From an uncultured Lentibacter sp. (GTDB lineage Bacteria > Pseudomonadota > Alphaproteobacteria > Rhodobacterales > Rhodobacteraceae), in assembly GCF_937123735.1 (NCBI RefSeq), contig NZ_CAKZKL010000011.1:1833-65832 (forward strand): a DNA stretch of 64,000 bases, read 5' to 3'. The translations under genes were made by a program, and so were the position numbers. Below are positions 36,355 to 44,860 of this stretch, piece by piece (the first letter of the stretch is position 1; each line of letters starts with the position of its first letter). The notes under the pieces were generated by a model. That model did no database searches and was not told the origin of the DNA. It saw nothing but the letters and a program-made list of their open reading frames with translations.

Positions 36355-37056
36355 TTAGCGAATGCGGCTCACTGTGCTTGCATCAATCGTGCCATAATCC
36401 TCAACATCCAACGTTGGAGCATTCTCGGCTTCGCCATAGGAGGAGGCAGAAAGCACACGCGCATAGATTGACGGACCCATCGTCTCCATCCCTGCGCCCG
36501 TATTGGCAGCCACATCCACTTTAATTTTCCTGTTCCCCTCTCGCAGCGCTGTGGGGATATCTGTCCAGCTAAACCCAACCAGGCCTGTGCCTTGTGGCCC
36601 CAGGTCATCCGAATGAAGCAATTCACCTGTTGTGGCATCTGTAAATGAAACCCGCGTTGCGCTGGCTGCTTGGGGCAGCTCAAAGACCCCGTGTATTTCA
36701 CCGTTGTCATCTGGACGGGCCATTGAACCGGGAACCAAAACAGAATGACCGAGCAAAGTAGATGCCGTTGCTATCCGTGTTTGAGACATCTCGGCAGATA
36801 GAGATTTCAGGTTTGTATTGATTTCCTCAATACCTGAAACAGTTGAAAACTGGGCCATTTGGGCGATAAAATCACCGTTTTCCATCGGCGCAAAGGGATC
36901 TTGGTTTTGCAGTTGTGCGGTCATAAGTTGCAAAAAGTCGTCCTGACCCAACTTGTCATCACTGGCCCGCTCTGCCGCCGACTTTTGTGTGTTAATCCCA
37001 AGTTTGTCAAAAATTGCTTGCTGCGCCGCTGCGCCCGTTGAGTCGATATTGGACAT
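36355..37056 (-). CDS. flgD: hook capping/assembly protein FlgD
   Basis: FlgD N-terminal motif LGQDDFLQLMTAQLQNQDPFAPM. It sits between flgC and flgE. Confidence 0.9.
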   Translation of the reverse strand: MSNIDSTGAAAQQAIFDKLGINTQKSAAERASDDKLGQDDFLQLMTAQLQNQDPFAPMENGDFIAQMAQFSTVSGIEEINTNLKSLSAEMSQTRIATASTLLGHSVLVPGSMARPDDNGEIHGVFELPQAASATRVSFTDATTGELLHSDDLGPQGTGLVGFSWTDIPTALREGNRKIKVDVAANTGAGMETMGPSIYARVLSASSYGEAENAPTLDVEDYGTIDASTVSRIR

Positions 37057-37070
37057 GTCTTTTCCTTTTC

Positions 37071-37487
37071 CTAGCGGCCCATGTTGACGGTGCGCATCAT
37101 AAGCGAGCGCAAAGTCGACACGACTTCCAAATTGTTTTGATACTGGCGCGAGGCTTCAAGCATCTCGACCATTTCTTCTTCGACATCCACTGCTGCGCCC
37201 CAAACATAACCTTCGTCATCGGCCTTGGGGTGCTCGGGTTGATAAACTTTGCTGGGTTCTCGGTTTGCTGTCACGATCCCAGCAACATTTACCGTTGCAA
37301 CACCGCTGGTCTTCGCGTGGCTTGCATATTCCGTTTCAAAAAGCGGCTTGATCGCTTGATAAGCCTCTTCGCGGCTGCCCGCGACACTGTTGGCGTTTGC
37401 GATATTACTGGCGACGGTATTCAAGCGCGTCATTTGCGAAGACATCGCCCGGCTTGCTATATCAAAAATATTCTCAATACCCGACAT
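37071..37487 (-). CDS. flgC: proximal rod protein FlgC
   Basis: A 138-aa protein with typical FlgC termini (ASRAMSSQMTRLNTVASNIANANS...MVEMLEASRQYQNNLEV). Confidence 0.95.
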   Translation of the reverse strand: MSGIENIFDIASRAMSSQMTRLNTVASNIANANSVAGSREEAYQAIKPLFETEYASHAKTSGVATVNVAGIVTANREPSKVYQPEHPKADDEGYVWGAAVDVEEEMVEMLEASRQYQNNLEVVSTLRSLMMRTVNMGR

Positions 37488-37488
37488 A

Positions 37489-37875
37489 TCACTCCCCCTT
37501 TATTGCAGCCATAAGACCCGAAACCTTGCGATTCAGAAAAGTTAACGAAGTCTGATAGCGCACCACATTTTCGGAAAACTCCATTTGCTCAACCGCAAGC
37601 TCGACCGTATTTCCATCCAGCGCAGGGTTTACCGGATCGCGATATTGCAAACGCCCAGCGTGAAGGTTCTCTGGCCGCGCAACATGTTTGTCATCAGATG
37701 TGCTCAAAAGCCCGCCGGGCAAAGCTTTTGCGAGGGTCGCCTCAAAATCGACATCTCTGGCCTTAAAATTTGGGGTCGCCGCATTTGCAATATTCGATGC
37801 CAAAATCGTATTGCGCTTTGAACGCAACGCTAAAGCCTCATCATGAATACCAAAGTGTTGTCTAATTCCGTCCAT
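37489..37875 (-). CDS. flgB: proximal rod protein FlgB
   Basis: A 128-aa protein (LRSKRNTILASNIANAATPNFKARD...FSENVVRYQTSLTFL). It is the first gene of the flg operon. Confidence 0.93.
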   Translation of the reverse strand: MDGIRQHFGIHDEALALRSKRNTILASNIANAATPNFKARDVDFEATLAKALPGGLLSTSDDKHVARPENLHAGRLQYRDPVNPALDGNTVELAVEQMEFSENVVRYQTSLTFLNRKVSGLMAAIKGE

Positions 37876-37915
37876 CTGTCTTTCGCTTCATCTTTTTGAG
37901 AAAAAGGGGCAATCT

Positions 37916-37931
37916 TGGAGCGTTATTTGCA
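37916..37931 (+). promoter_or_regulatory. sigma54 promoter for the divergent orf185-orf116 pair
   Basis: The plus strand reads TGGAGCGTTATTTGCA (GG-N10-GC). It lies 36 nt upstream of the ATG at 37967. Its -12 element shares the palindrome TTGCAA (37927-37932) with the flgB promoter. Confidence 0.6.
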
Positions 37932-37943
37932 AGTTGGATGCCA
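37928..37943 (-). promoter_or_regulatory. sigma54 promoter for flgBCDEF(GHIJKL)
   Basis: The minus strand reads TGGCATCCAACTTGCA (consensus spacing). It lies about 53 nt upstream of the flgB ATG. Confidence 0.8.
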
Positions 37944-37966
37944 AATAAAGAGAGGAGCGAAAATTT

Positions 37967-38524
37967 ATGGCAAAAGTCTCAGATTATAAAAAGGCAGATA
38001 CAGGTCACGACACCGTTTTATCGTATCAAATGAAACGACTACGCCTGCGTGTCTTGAAGACTGTTAAATCAAAAACGCTAGATGAAGCCTTAGAGGCGTT
38101 GCGCGCTCAGTTGCCCACCGAGAAAGACGCAACAGCGCGCCTGGGCCTGCTCGCCGCAAAGACATGGCTCATTCGCCAAAAAATTCTTTACATAGGCAAG
38201 GCAGAACCAAAATCAGTCGCGGACGACATCGCCTTGCTTGAGCCAAGCTCCAAGCAACCAAAGGCACAAAGCCTGACTGAAGCGGCACAAAATCATGATG
38301 CCGCGGGAGAAAACAGCACAGCCCCACAAAGCTGGAAAAAAGTCAAAATTCTGGAAGAAACAGTTGTGAATGGGATGAGGTTTTTTAAGGATTTCGTGAT
38401 TGAAGTGAATATAGAAGATGCCCAACGGTTGGTCGACGCGGGTAAAGCGGTGGTTGTGGAGCAATTAGATCAAGCTTCGAAACCAGAAACCAGCAAGCCC
38501 ACAAGTAAAACGAGTAAAGAATGA
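37967..38524 (+). CDS. hypothetical soluble protein, 185 aa
   Basis: RBS GAGGAG. No TM helix and no motif that I recognise. The tail is Lys/Ser/Thr-rich. It is divergent from flgB. Confidence 0.5.
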   Translation: MAKVSDYKKADTGHDTVLSYQMKRLRLRVLKTVKSKTLDEALEALRAQLPTEKDATARLGLLAAKTWLIRQKILYIGKAEPKSVADDIALLEPSSKQPKAQSLTEAAQNHDAAGENSTAPQSWKKVKILEETVVNGMRFFKDFVIEVNIEDAQRLVDAGKAVVVEQLDQASKPETSKPTSKTSKE

Positions 38525-38871
38525 CAAAAAATTGGGGGATTATTCTTGGCTTTATTTCAATCGCTGCTTTGTGTTTTTTTTACGCCCAAGGCAGCTTCAC
38601 GCGTTTTGAACATAAGACGCTGAGTTGCACGAGCCCGCTTATTGGTCCATTTGAATTGGTTATCAACAAGCCTCGCGTTGGTCAAAATATCCAGCTTACA
38701 CAGCCCCAGGGAATGAGCCTCATTCCAATCGCAGAAATCGAAGGGGATGTTGTTGTTGTGAAAAAGGGGGACTTAACTTTGGCCATCCATTTCGAAGATG
38801 CCCAAGTCCATGTTCAACACCGCTCGCAGTTAAGAATCTCGCAATGTGAGACGACAGTATTCACCATGTAA
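38521..38871 (+). CDS. hypothetical membrane-anchored protein, 116 aa
   Basis: ATGA overlap with orf185. An N-terminal TM/signal-anchor (WGIILGFISIAALCFFYA) is followed by a beta-rich region. Confidence 0.5.
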   Translation: MTKNWGIILGFISIAALCFFYAQGSFTRFEHKTLSCTSPLIGPFELVINKPRVGQNIQLTQPQGMSLIPIAEIEGDVVVVKKGDLTLAIHFEDAQVHVQHRSQLRISQCETTVFTM

Positions 38872-38886
38872 CGATAAATGCGCGCT

Positions 38887-39621
38887 CTAAAGGTCGCCCG
38901 CCTTTGCGCTCGCTGAAAAACTGGCCATGCCACTGCGTAAATGGCCTATTGCGGATTTCTTGATTTGCGACACACGCCCGGTGCTGATGCCCAAGATCTC
39001 GGCTATCTCATAGACGTTCAATTCTTCAACATAGTATAGCTGGATGACCATAGCCTCCCGCTCAGAAAGCTTCTCAAGCTCCCCCCTCAATCCACGTTTG
39101 ATCTCTTGGTTACTGAGCGCTTCCTCCGGATTCACATCATCCGAAACAAACCAAATTGAGTGTTCATCATGCACCTCATCAATGGATTGATGCAGATTTG
39201 CCTCAAAGGCCTGTTGCCATTTGCGCAGCTCTTCAACGCTGATTAACAGCTCTTGCGCCACTTCTTCGTCGGAAGGCACGCGCTGTAGTTTTCTCTCCAG
39301 ACCGAGTGATGTTTGATTGACCTTTTGCTTCATAGCGATTGTCGAGCGGCACAAATTCGAATTACGGCGCAAGAAGTCAACGATCGCGCCGCGAATGCGG
39401 ATTTTGGCATAGCTCCCAAAAGTGACGCCGCTTTTTTTCACATATTTTTGGCTGGCATCAATCAAGCCAAGGTATCCAACTTGCACAAGATCATCCACTT
39501 CAACCGCGCCCTTAACGCGGCCGTAGAAATAGAACGCAATGCGCCGGACAGTTTGAAGCTCGGCTTCAATCAGTTCCTCCGAGGAAGGGTTTTGTTCTGA
39601 GTATTGCCCGCGTGATACCAT
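38887..39621 (-). CDS. fliA: flagellar sigma factor FliA (sigma28)
   Basis: Sigma70-family regions 2-4 are present (DLVQVGYLGLIDASQKY; ELNVYEIAEILGISTGRVSQIKKSAI). It sits after flhG. Confidence 0.92.
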   Translation of the reverse strand: MVSRGQYSEQNPSSEELIEAELQTVRRIAFYFYGRVKGAVEVDDLVQVGYLGLIDASQKYVKKSGVTFGSYAKIRIRGAIVDFLRRNSNLCRSTIAMKQKVNQTSLGLERKLQRVPSDEEVAQELLISVEELRKWQQAFEANLHQSIDEVHDEHSIWFVSDDVNPEEALSNQEIKRGLRGELEKLSEREAMVIQLYYVEELNVYEIAEILGISTGRVSQIKKSAIGHLRSGMASFSASAKAGDL

Positions 39622-40427
39622 CAGACATCCCCTAGCTGTGCCAAGTCATCCGCAAAAAACCTGATGCCATCAAAGCTGTTTCTTGGCGATTTTAATACAG
39701 CCTGCGCAATATTTTTGAATGCAATCAACTCTTTGTCTGGCGTTCCATTCTGTGACGCTAACAAAGGTTTGCGTTGCACAACCGAGCGGCGCATCGGTGC
39801 CGAAAAAGGGACATGCCCCGCAAAGCTCAGCTCGACATCCAAAAAGCGGGCCGCGATCGCACGGAAGTTTTCAAAATTCCGCAACGCTTCCGCCGAATTT
39901 GTCGCCATGTTCAGCACAATTGAAAAATGCTTCAGGCCATGTTCTGTATGGGCGGCCTTGATCATTGCGTAAGCGTCCATGAAACTCGTGGGCTCTGCCA
40001 CCACAACGACCAACACCCGCTGGGATGCTGCGACAAATGACAAAGCATTGTCGCTTGCCCCTGCCGGCGCATCTGTAATCAGAATATCGGTTGAATCTGC
40101 AATGGCATCTACATTTCGAATAAGCTGAAAGCGGGCCTTGTCGTCGATATTCATCATATCGACCAGCCCGCTGCCACCTGCGAGCAGCTGAACTCCCTCT
40201 ACACCACGTTCCAATATCTGTTCAATCGGAACACCGTTTACCAAAGTGTCCCGCAGCGTTTTGCCTGCATTTTTTCCCATCAGAATATGAGAATTGGCGA
40301 GCCCAAAATCAGCATCAAACAAACATACCCTGTGGCCCAATCTGGCATACATTATCGCCAAGTTCACTGCGATACATGTTTTGCCAACGCCACCTTTTCC
40401 GCTCGCGATGGTAATGGATTGTGTCAT
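39621..40427 (-). CDS. flhG: MinD/ParA-type flagellar number regulator FlhG (FleN)
   Basis: Deviant Walker A IASGKGGVGKT. The start was set to the ATG at 40425-40427 (MTQSITIASGKGG), which overlaps the flhF TGA (ATGA). Confidence 0.9.
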   Translation of the reverse strand: MTQSITIASGKGGVGKTCIAVNLAIMYARLGHRVCLFDADFGLANSHILMGKNAGKTLRDTLVNGVPIEQILERGVEGVQLLAGGSGLVDMMNIDDKARFQLIRNVDAIADSTDILITDAPAGASDNALSFVAASQRVLVVVVAEPTSFMDAYAMIKAAHTEHGLKHFSIVLNMATNSAEALRNFENFRAIAARFLDVELSFAGHVPFSAPMRRSVVQRKPLLASQNGTPDKELIAFKNIAQAVLKSPRNSFDGIRFFADDLAQLGDV

Positions 40428-41872
40428 ACGTTTGTTTCCATTTGCGCAGTTTCGGATGACACCTCGTCGCCCAACAGGGTTTCTTGCAAGTATTGTTCCA
40501 TTATTGCCCCTGTGGCCTGCGAGACATTCCCCACAAGCGCGCGCGTGCCGGCCAGCCAACCGATTTCAACGGGGCTGGCATGAACTTGCGCCATTTCGAG
40601 AACCGAATAAGTGCACTCGTCCAGCTTGGTCAAAACAACTTCCGGTGCGGCAGGTGCAACAAGCGCAAGATCGCGCTGAAGACGCTGGCTTCCAAGGCCG
40701 CTTGGCACCGCAAAAACCGTGTGGATACGGTGCTGAGAAAAGAAAGTTTGCAATTGTGGCAGAATTTCAAGGGCTGCCTCAAGTGAGCACGCCATATCAA
40801 GGATCAAAGTTTGTCCTGAATTTGGCAGTCTCCAGCCCGTTTTCGTTTCAGGAGACCAGTGTTCCACCGGCACGTCAACAAGTCGGCCATAGTGCTCCAT
40901 CAAACCAAGCTGCGGTGCCGCCTCTCCAACAAAATTTACCAAAGACACCTCGCGTGCTTCGCGCGTTTCCTTGAGCAAAGCAGCAAATTTCGCTGCCAAG
41001 GTTGTCTTTCCGCTGCCAGAAGCTCCGATCACAAACAGCACATCAGCATCCAAAGCCTGTGTCGGATCATATGACACAATATTTTCAACCAATGCGCCAA
41101 TCAGATCTGATCGCTCAATTTTTGCCGCCGGAAAACCGCGCTGCACCAGCATATCCAGCGCATTTTCCACATCTGAGGGATCAAATCCGGCGTCAACAAG
41201 CTCACGTCCGTCGTAAGCTTGAGGGGCAGTCTCACAAATTTCGCGACTGTTTGGGACAACGCCCAACGCGATTTCAACCCGCCGCAAGCGCGCCTCAAGG
41301 GTTTCCTCTACCGTATCGCTTATGCTTTCAGCACTATAGGCTTCCTGATTCTCAGGGTCTGATGATTTTTCCGGCGCGCTTGGCCCGGACACCTCTTTTT
41401 CAGCCAACACGGGCTTTGCCGGTTCATCCTCAGCCTCAAGAGGAGCGGTTTGCGCAGCCATCAACTTGCCCAAATGTGAAGCCAGATCGCCGGTGTGTGA
41501 GGCCTGCGCAGCACCATCCCGCCCGAGAGACAAACCGCCCTCCATTGCCACAAGGTGTGGGCGCTCCTCATGTGGCCTAACCGTCTGTTGGGAAGGCGCA
41601 TTTCGCCCCCCGTCATCTTGGCCATTTTCCAGAGGAGCAGACCTTCTTGGGGGCTCTCCAGCCACAACGTGAAGCGCCTCTTCATCCTCATAAACGGTGT
41701 GCACGAGGCTGTTACGTTTGGGGGCACTGTTCATTGGATCGTTGGTGGCCTTAATCCGGATCATGCCGTCTTGCTGCGTCGTCGACAAAATATAAGCGCC
41801 GTCTCCCAATTGACGAACGACTTCATCCATGGCGAGTGCGCTGTCTGGCGCCATTACGGTGATGGTTGGCAT
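40424..41872 (-). CDS. flhF: SRP-type GTPase FlhF
   Basis: The C-terminal NG domain is present (VIGASGSGKTTLAAKFAA...LTKLDE). The N-terminal region is long and acidic. Confidence 0.88.
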   Translation of the reverse strand: MPTITVMAPDSALAMDEVVRQLGDGAYILSTTQQDGMIRIKATNDPMNSAPKRNSLVHTVYEDEEALHVVAGEPPRRSAPLENGQDDGGRNAPSQQTVRPHEERPHLVAMEGGLSLGRDGAAQASHTGDLASHLGKLMAAQTAPLEAEDEPAKPVLAEKEVSGPSAPEKSSDPENQEAYSAESISDTVEETLEARLRRVEIALGVVPNSREICETAPQAYDGRELVDAGFDPSDVENALDMLVQRGFPAAKIERSDLIGALVENIVSYDPTQALDADVLFVIGASGSGKTTLAAKFAALLKETREAREVSLVNFVGEAAPQLGLMEHYGRLVDVPVEHWSPETKTGWRLPNSGQTLILDMACSLEAALEILPQLQTFFSQHRIHTVFAVPSGLGSQRLQRDLALVAPAAPEVVLTKLDECTYSVLEMAQVHASPVEIGWLAGTRALVGNVSQATGAIMEQYLQETLLGDEVSSETAQMETNV

Positions 41873-41883
41873 ATTGAATTACC

Positions 41884-44046
41884 TCAGACGTTTTCTGGTT
41901 GAGATTGCGGCGAGGCCGAGGAGGCCGATGTGCTCCCCTCCGCACCAAGGGCATCAAAGCCGCCAATCGTGGCATAGACTTCAACGCGACGGTTTTCGGG
42001 GAGCTCTGTGAAGCTCAAGATGATCATATCCGGCAGATGCGTGCGCACAAAATCTGAGAAAACCGCTCTGATTTGTGGTGCAACCACCATGATGGTTGGA
42101 CGCCCATCTGCACTAAGTTTTTCGCTGGTATCGTTGATCGAGCGCATCAATTGTTCAGCAAGGCTGCCCTCCAAAACAAGCCCGTCCTGCCCATTTTGGC
42201 GCACTGTGCGCAACATCAGCTGTTCGAGCTCCGGAGTGAGCGTCATCAAGGGCAATACCGTGCCCAGAGGGGCAACCTGTTGAATGAGCAGAGGCGTTAA
42301 CGCGGGTCGCAACGCTTCAGCCATATCGTTGGGCGACATATTCGGCCCAACGAAATTTGAAAGCCCTTCCAAAATGCGCCGCAGATCTGAAATTGGGATC
42401 CGCTCTGACAAAAGCCGCCTCAGAACCAAGGTCAACATGTGCAAAGGCACAAGCTTCGGCACGATTGACTTCACAAGATTTGGGCTTGCCTCCCCCAACT
42501 GGTCTAACAACGCCTGAACATCATCCTGGCCAATCAGATCGGCCGCGTGCTTGTTGAGCAACTGGCTAAGATGCGTTGAGATCACTGAGTCAGGTTCAAT
42601 AACGACATAATCATTTGCCTCAGCCTCGGCCTGTTGCTGCGGTCTGATCCATACCGCATCCATGCCAAAGGACGGATCTTTCACCTCAATGCCGTCAAGC
42701 TGGATATGTGTCCCATCTCCCGGCAAAGCGAGCTTGCGGTCTGGATAAGCAATATCCTCCCCCACAATCGTTTGCCCGATCCGAATACGGTATTGATTGG
42801 GTTGCAACGACAGATCATCACGGATGCGCACCCCTGGCACAACAAAGCCAAGCCCGCGGGACACCTCCCGGCGCACACCGGTAATTCGGCTCACCAGCGG
42901 GCCAGACTGTTCTTCGTCCACCAAGCTGATAAGACCGTAGCCAAGCTGCATTGAAACGGCCGAATAGTCCGTGACATCCGACAGCAGAACAGACTCGGCA
43001 TCAGCCTGCTCCTCTTCGTCCAGATCTTGCGCCTCAACGGCGTCTTCCTCTGCGGCAAGCGCCTCTGACTTGCGCGCAAAATATGCTGCAACGCCTGTGA
43101 GAACAGCAAAAAACATGAACAGCTGATTGGGCATTCCCGGCACCAAGCCCAAAATAAAAATAACCCCTGCGGTGGGCATCCAAGCGCGAGACAGATTTAC
43201 CTGCCCACCTATGTGCTGTGCCATGTCCTGCGTGGAGGAAACGCGCGTCACAATGATGGCGGTCGCAATTGACAGAAGCAAAGACGGAATTTGCGCTACA
43301 AGGCCATCTCCGATAGACAATAGAATATAGGCTTGCGCAGCATCCCCCACAGCCATCTGATGTTGAGCGACACCAATAATCAGACCACCAATAATGTTGA
43401 TCGCCAAGATCAACAGACCAGCAATGGCGTCGCCCTTCACAAACTTGGAGGCACCATCCATTGAACCGTAAAAATCGGCTTCATCCGCCACTTCCTGGCG
43501 GCGTGCAGTTGCCTCTTCAGGGGTCATGATCCCGGCATTCAAATCCGCATCAATCGCCATTTGTTTGCCCGGCATGGCGTCAAGGGTGAAGCGTGCAGAC
43601 ACCTCGGAAACACGTCCAGCACCCTTTGTGATCACCACAAGGTTGATGATCACGAGAATGATGAACACAAAAATACCGACAGCATAGTTGCCCGCGACAA
43701 CAAACTCTCCGAACGCTTTGATAACCTGCCCGGCAGCATCTGCACCAGTGTGGCCCTCACTCAATACCACCCGCGTTGAAGCAACATTGAGAGCCAGCCG
43801 CAAGACAGTGGCAATCAAGATCAGGTTCGGAAAAGAGGAGAAATCAAGCGGGCGGTGCGTGTGCAACGCCACCATCAAAATCAGCAGAGACAACACGATA
43901 TTCACAACAAAGAAGCTATCCAGCAGAAATACTGGCAGCGGCAAAACCATCATCGCCACAAGGATCAAAATACCGATCGGAAGCACCGAGCTGCCCGCTG
44001 CCAGCTTTGCATCTTCTATCAGGGTTTGTTGGCGTGTCAGATCCAT
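41884..44046 (-). CDS. flhA: flagellar export gate protein FlhA
   Basis: A 720-aa protein with a canonical FlhA TM domain (FVVAGNYAVGIFVFIILVIINLVVITKGAGRVSEVSARFTLDAMPGKQMAIDADL) and a cytoplasmic domain. Confidence 0.97.
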   Translation of the reverse strand: MDLTRQQTLIEDAKLAAGSSVLPIGILILVAMMVLPLPVFLLDSFFVVNIVLSLLILMVALHTHRPLDFSSFPNLILIATVLRLALNVASTRVVLSEGHTGADAAGQVIKAFGEFVVAGNYAVGIFVFIILVIINLVVITKGAGRVSEVSARFTLDAMPGKQMAIDADLNAGIMTPEEATARRQEVADEADFYGSMDGASKFVKGDAIAGLLILAINIIGGLIIGVAQHQMAVGDAAQAYILLSIGDGLVAQIPSLLLSIATAIIVTRVSSTQDMAQHIGGQVNLSRAWMPTAGVIFILGLVPGMPNQLFMFFAVLTGVAAYFARKSEALAAEEDAVEAQDLDEEEQADAESVLLSDVTDYSAVSMQLGYGLISLVDEEQSGPLVSRITGVRREVSRGLGFVVPGVRIRDDLSLQPNQYRIRIGQTIVGEDIAYPDRKLALPGDGTHIQLDGIEVKDPSFGMDAVWIRPQQQAEAEANDYVVIEPDSVISTHLSQLLNKHAADLIGQDDVQALLDQLGEASPNLVKSIVPKLVPLHMLTLVLRRLLSERIPISDLRRILEGLSNFVGPNMSPNDMAEALRPALTPLLIQQVAPLGTVLPLMTLTPELEQLMLRTVRQNGQDGLVLEGSLAEQLMRSINDTSEKLSADGRPTIMVVAPQIRAVFSDFVRTHLPDMIILSFTELPENRRVEVYATIGGFDALGAEGSTSASSASPQSQPENV

Positions 44047-44060
44047 GACAGCCCCCCTTT

Positions 44061-44074
44061 GTCAAAAGGCTGAC
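44061..44074. promoter_or_regulatory. palindrome GTCA-N6-TGAC (FleQ-box-like) in the flhA leader
   Basis: GTCAAAAGGCTGAC lies 15 nt upstream of the flhA ATG. It has the same half-sites and spacing as the reported Pseudomonas FleQ box (GTCA-N6-TGAC). Confidence 0.3.
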
Positions 44075-44145
44075 TGGCCCCAACCACGAGATGGGAACTC
44101 AAGCTGCTGTAAAGCCTTATTTGCAAACGCATTGTCAAAAGTAAC

Positions 44146-44161
44146 TGCCTTATCATGCCCA
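44146..44161 (-). promoter_or_regulatory. weak candidate sigma54 promoter for flhA-flhF-flhG-fliA
   Basis: The minus strand reads TGGGCATGATAAGGCA, which has GG-N10-GC spacing but poor flanking matches. An alternative is aGGCTTTACAGCAGCt at 44103-44117. Neither is convincing. Confidence 0.25.
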
Positions 44162-44255
44162 CGCGGAAATCTGCGCACGCCTCAGATATGCAAAGCCCAT
44201 GCCAACCCCGTATTTCGGGCGGTTTTCTCCAACCAATCGAGCCAATCAAGAAAGC

Positions 44256-44271
44256 TGGCATAAATCCTGCA
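44256..44271 (+). promoter_or_regulatory. sigma54 promoter for flgP-flgT-flgA-flgM-flgN
   Basis: TGGCATAAATCCTGCA (GG-N10-GC). It lies 40 nt upstream of the ATG at 44311. Confidence 0.7.
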
Positions 44272-44310
44272 AACACCTTGGCAACCAACACTTCACAGGA
44301 GACACCGCCA

Positions 44311-44853
44311 ATGAGCCGTGCAATTTCGAACAGTCTGCCTCTGAAAACAGCCCGCGCCCTTGGCTTGGGGGTGAGCCTCGTGCTTGTTTCGGGCTGTCAG
44401 ATGGGCTTGGGCCAGATGCTGACATCATCCAAATCCCCACAGGAAATCACCTCGCAGGCGCAGGCCCGCGAGCTGTCACAGACAAAGAAACTGCTCGATG
44501 TAACGACAGTAAAATCTGTCCCCGTCCCAACGATCTCGGCAGTCGGCTATTCTGTCATCTCGTCTCAGCCGGGCAAGACACTCAATCAAAAACGCCTCAT
44601 GGCCATTCGCGCCGCGCGCATGGACGCCATGCGGATCTTGACCGAACAAATTCACGGCTTGTCTGTGCAAAGCGAAACGCAGCTCTCGGAGAATGTGCTC
44701 CAATCAGACACAATGCGTGCCTCCATTGCTGGTGTCATTCGGGGCGCCCGAACGGTCAAGATTGAGCCAAAGGGTGGCGATACCTACTCTGTGCATCTTG
44801 AGATTGATCGTGCAACGATTGCGCAAGTTCTCAAAGCACACAGAGGCTTCTGA
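44311..44853 (+). CDS. flgP: LPP20-family outer-membrane lipoprotein, FlgP-like
   Basis: The start is at MSRAISNS with a GGAGA RBS. The lipobox is LVSGC. An LPP20-like core is present (LMAIRAARMDAMRILTEQIHGLSVQSET...IAGVIRGA). Confidence 0.65.
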   Translation: MSRAISNSLPLKTARALGLGVSLVLVSGCQMGLGQMLTSSKSPQEITSQAQARELSQTKKLLDVTTVKSVPVPTISAVGYSVISSQPGKTLNQKRLMAIRAARMDAMRILTEQIHGLSVQSETQLSENVLQSDTMRASIAGVIRGARTVKIEPKGGDTYSVHLEIDRATIAQVLKAHRGF

Positions 44854-44860
44854 GGCCGCA

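Noticed and set aside
44155-44310. N-terminal extensions given by the ORF track for flgP (44155), flgT (44693), flhG (40559), fliP (6005), the coiled-coil protein (2538), the 4-Cys protein (2858), the GT8-like protein (55816) and the antiporter (61271).
   Set aside because: The extensions overlap upstream genes or promoters and lack RBSs. They translate to Arg/Cys/Pro-rich sequence. In each case an internal ATG with a good RBS, signal peptide or stop-start coupling gives a sensible protein.
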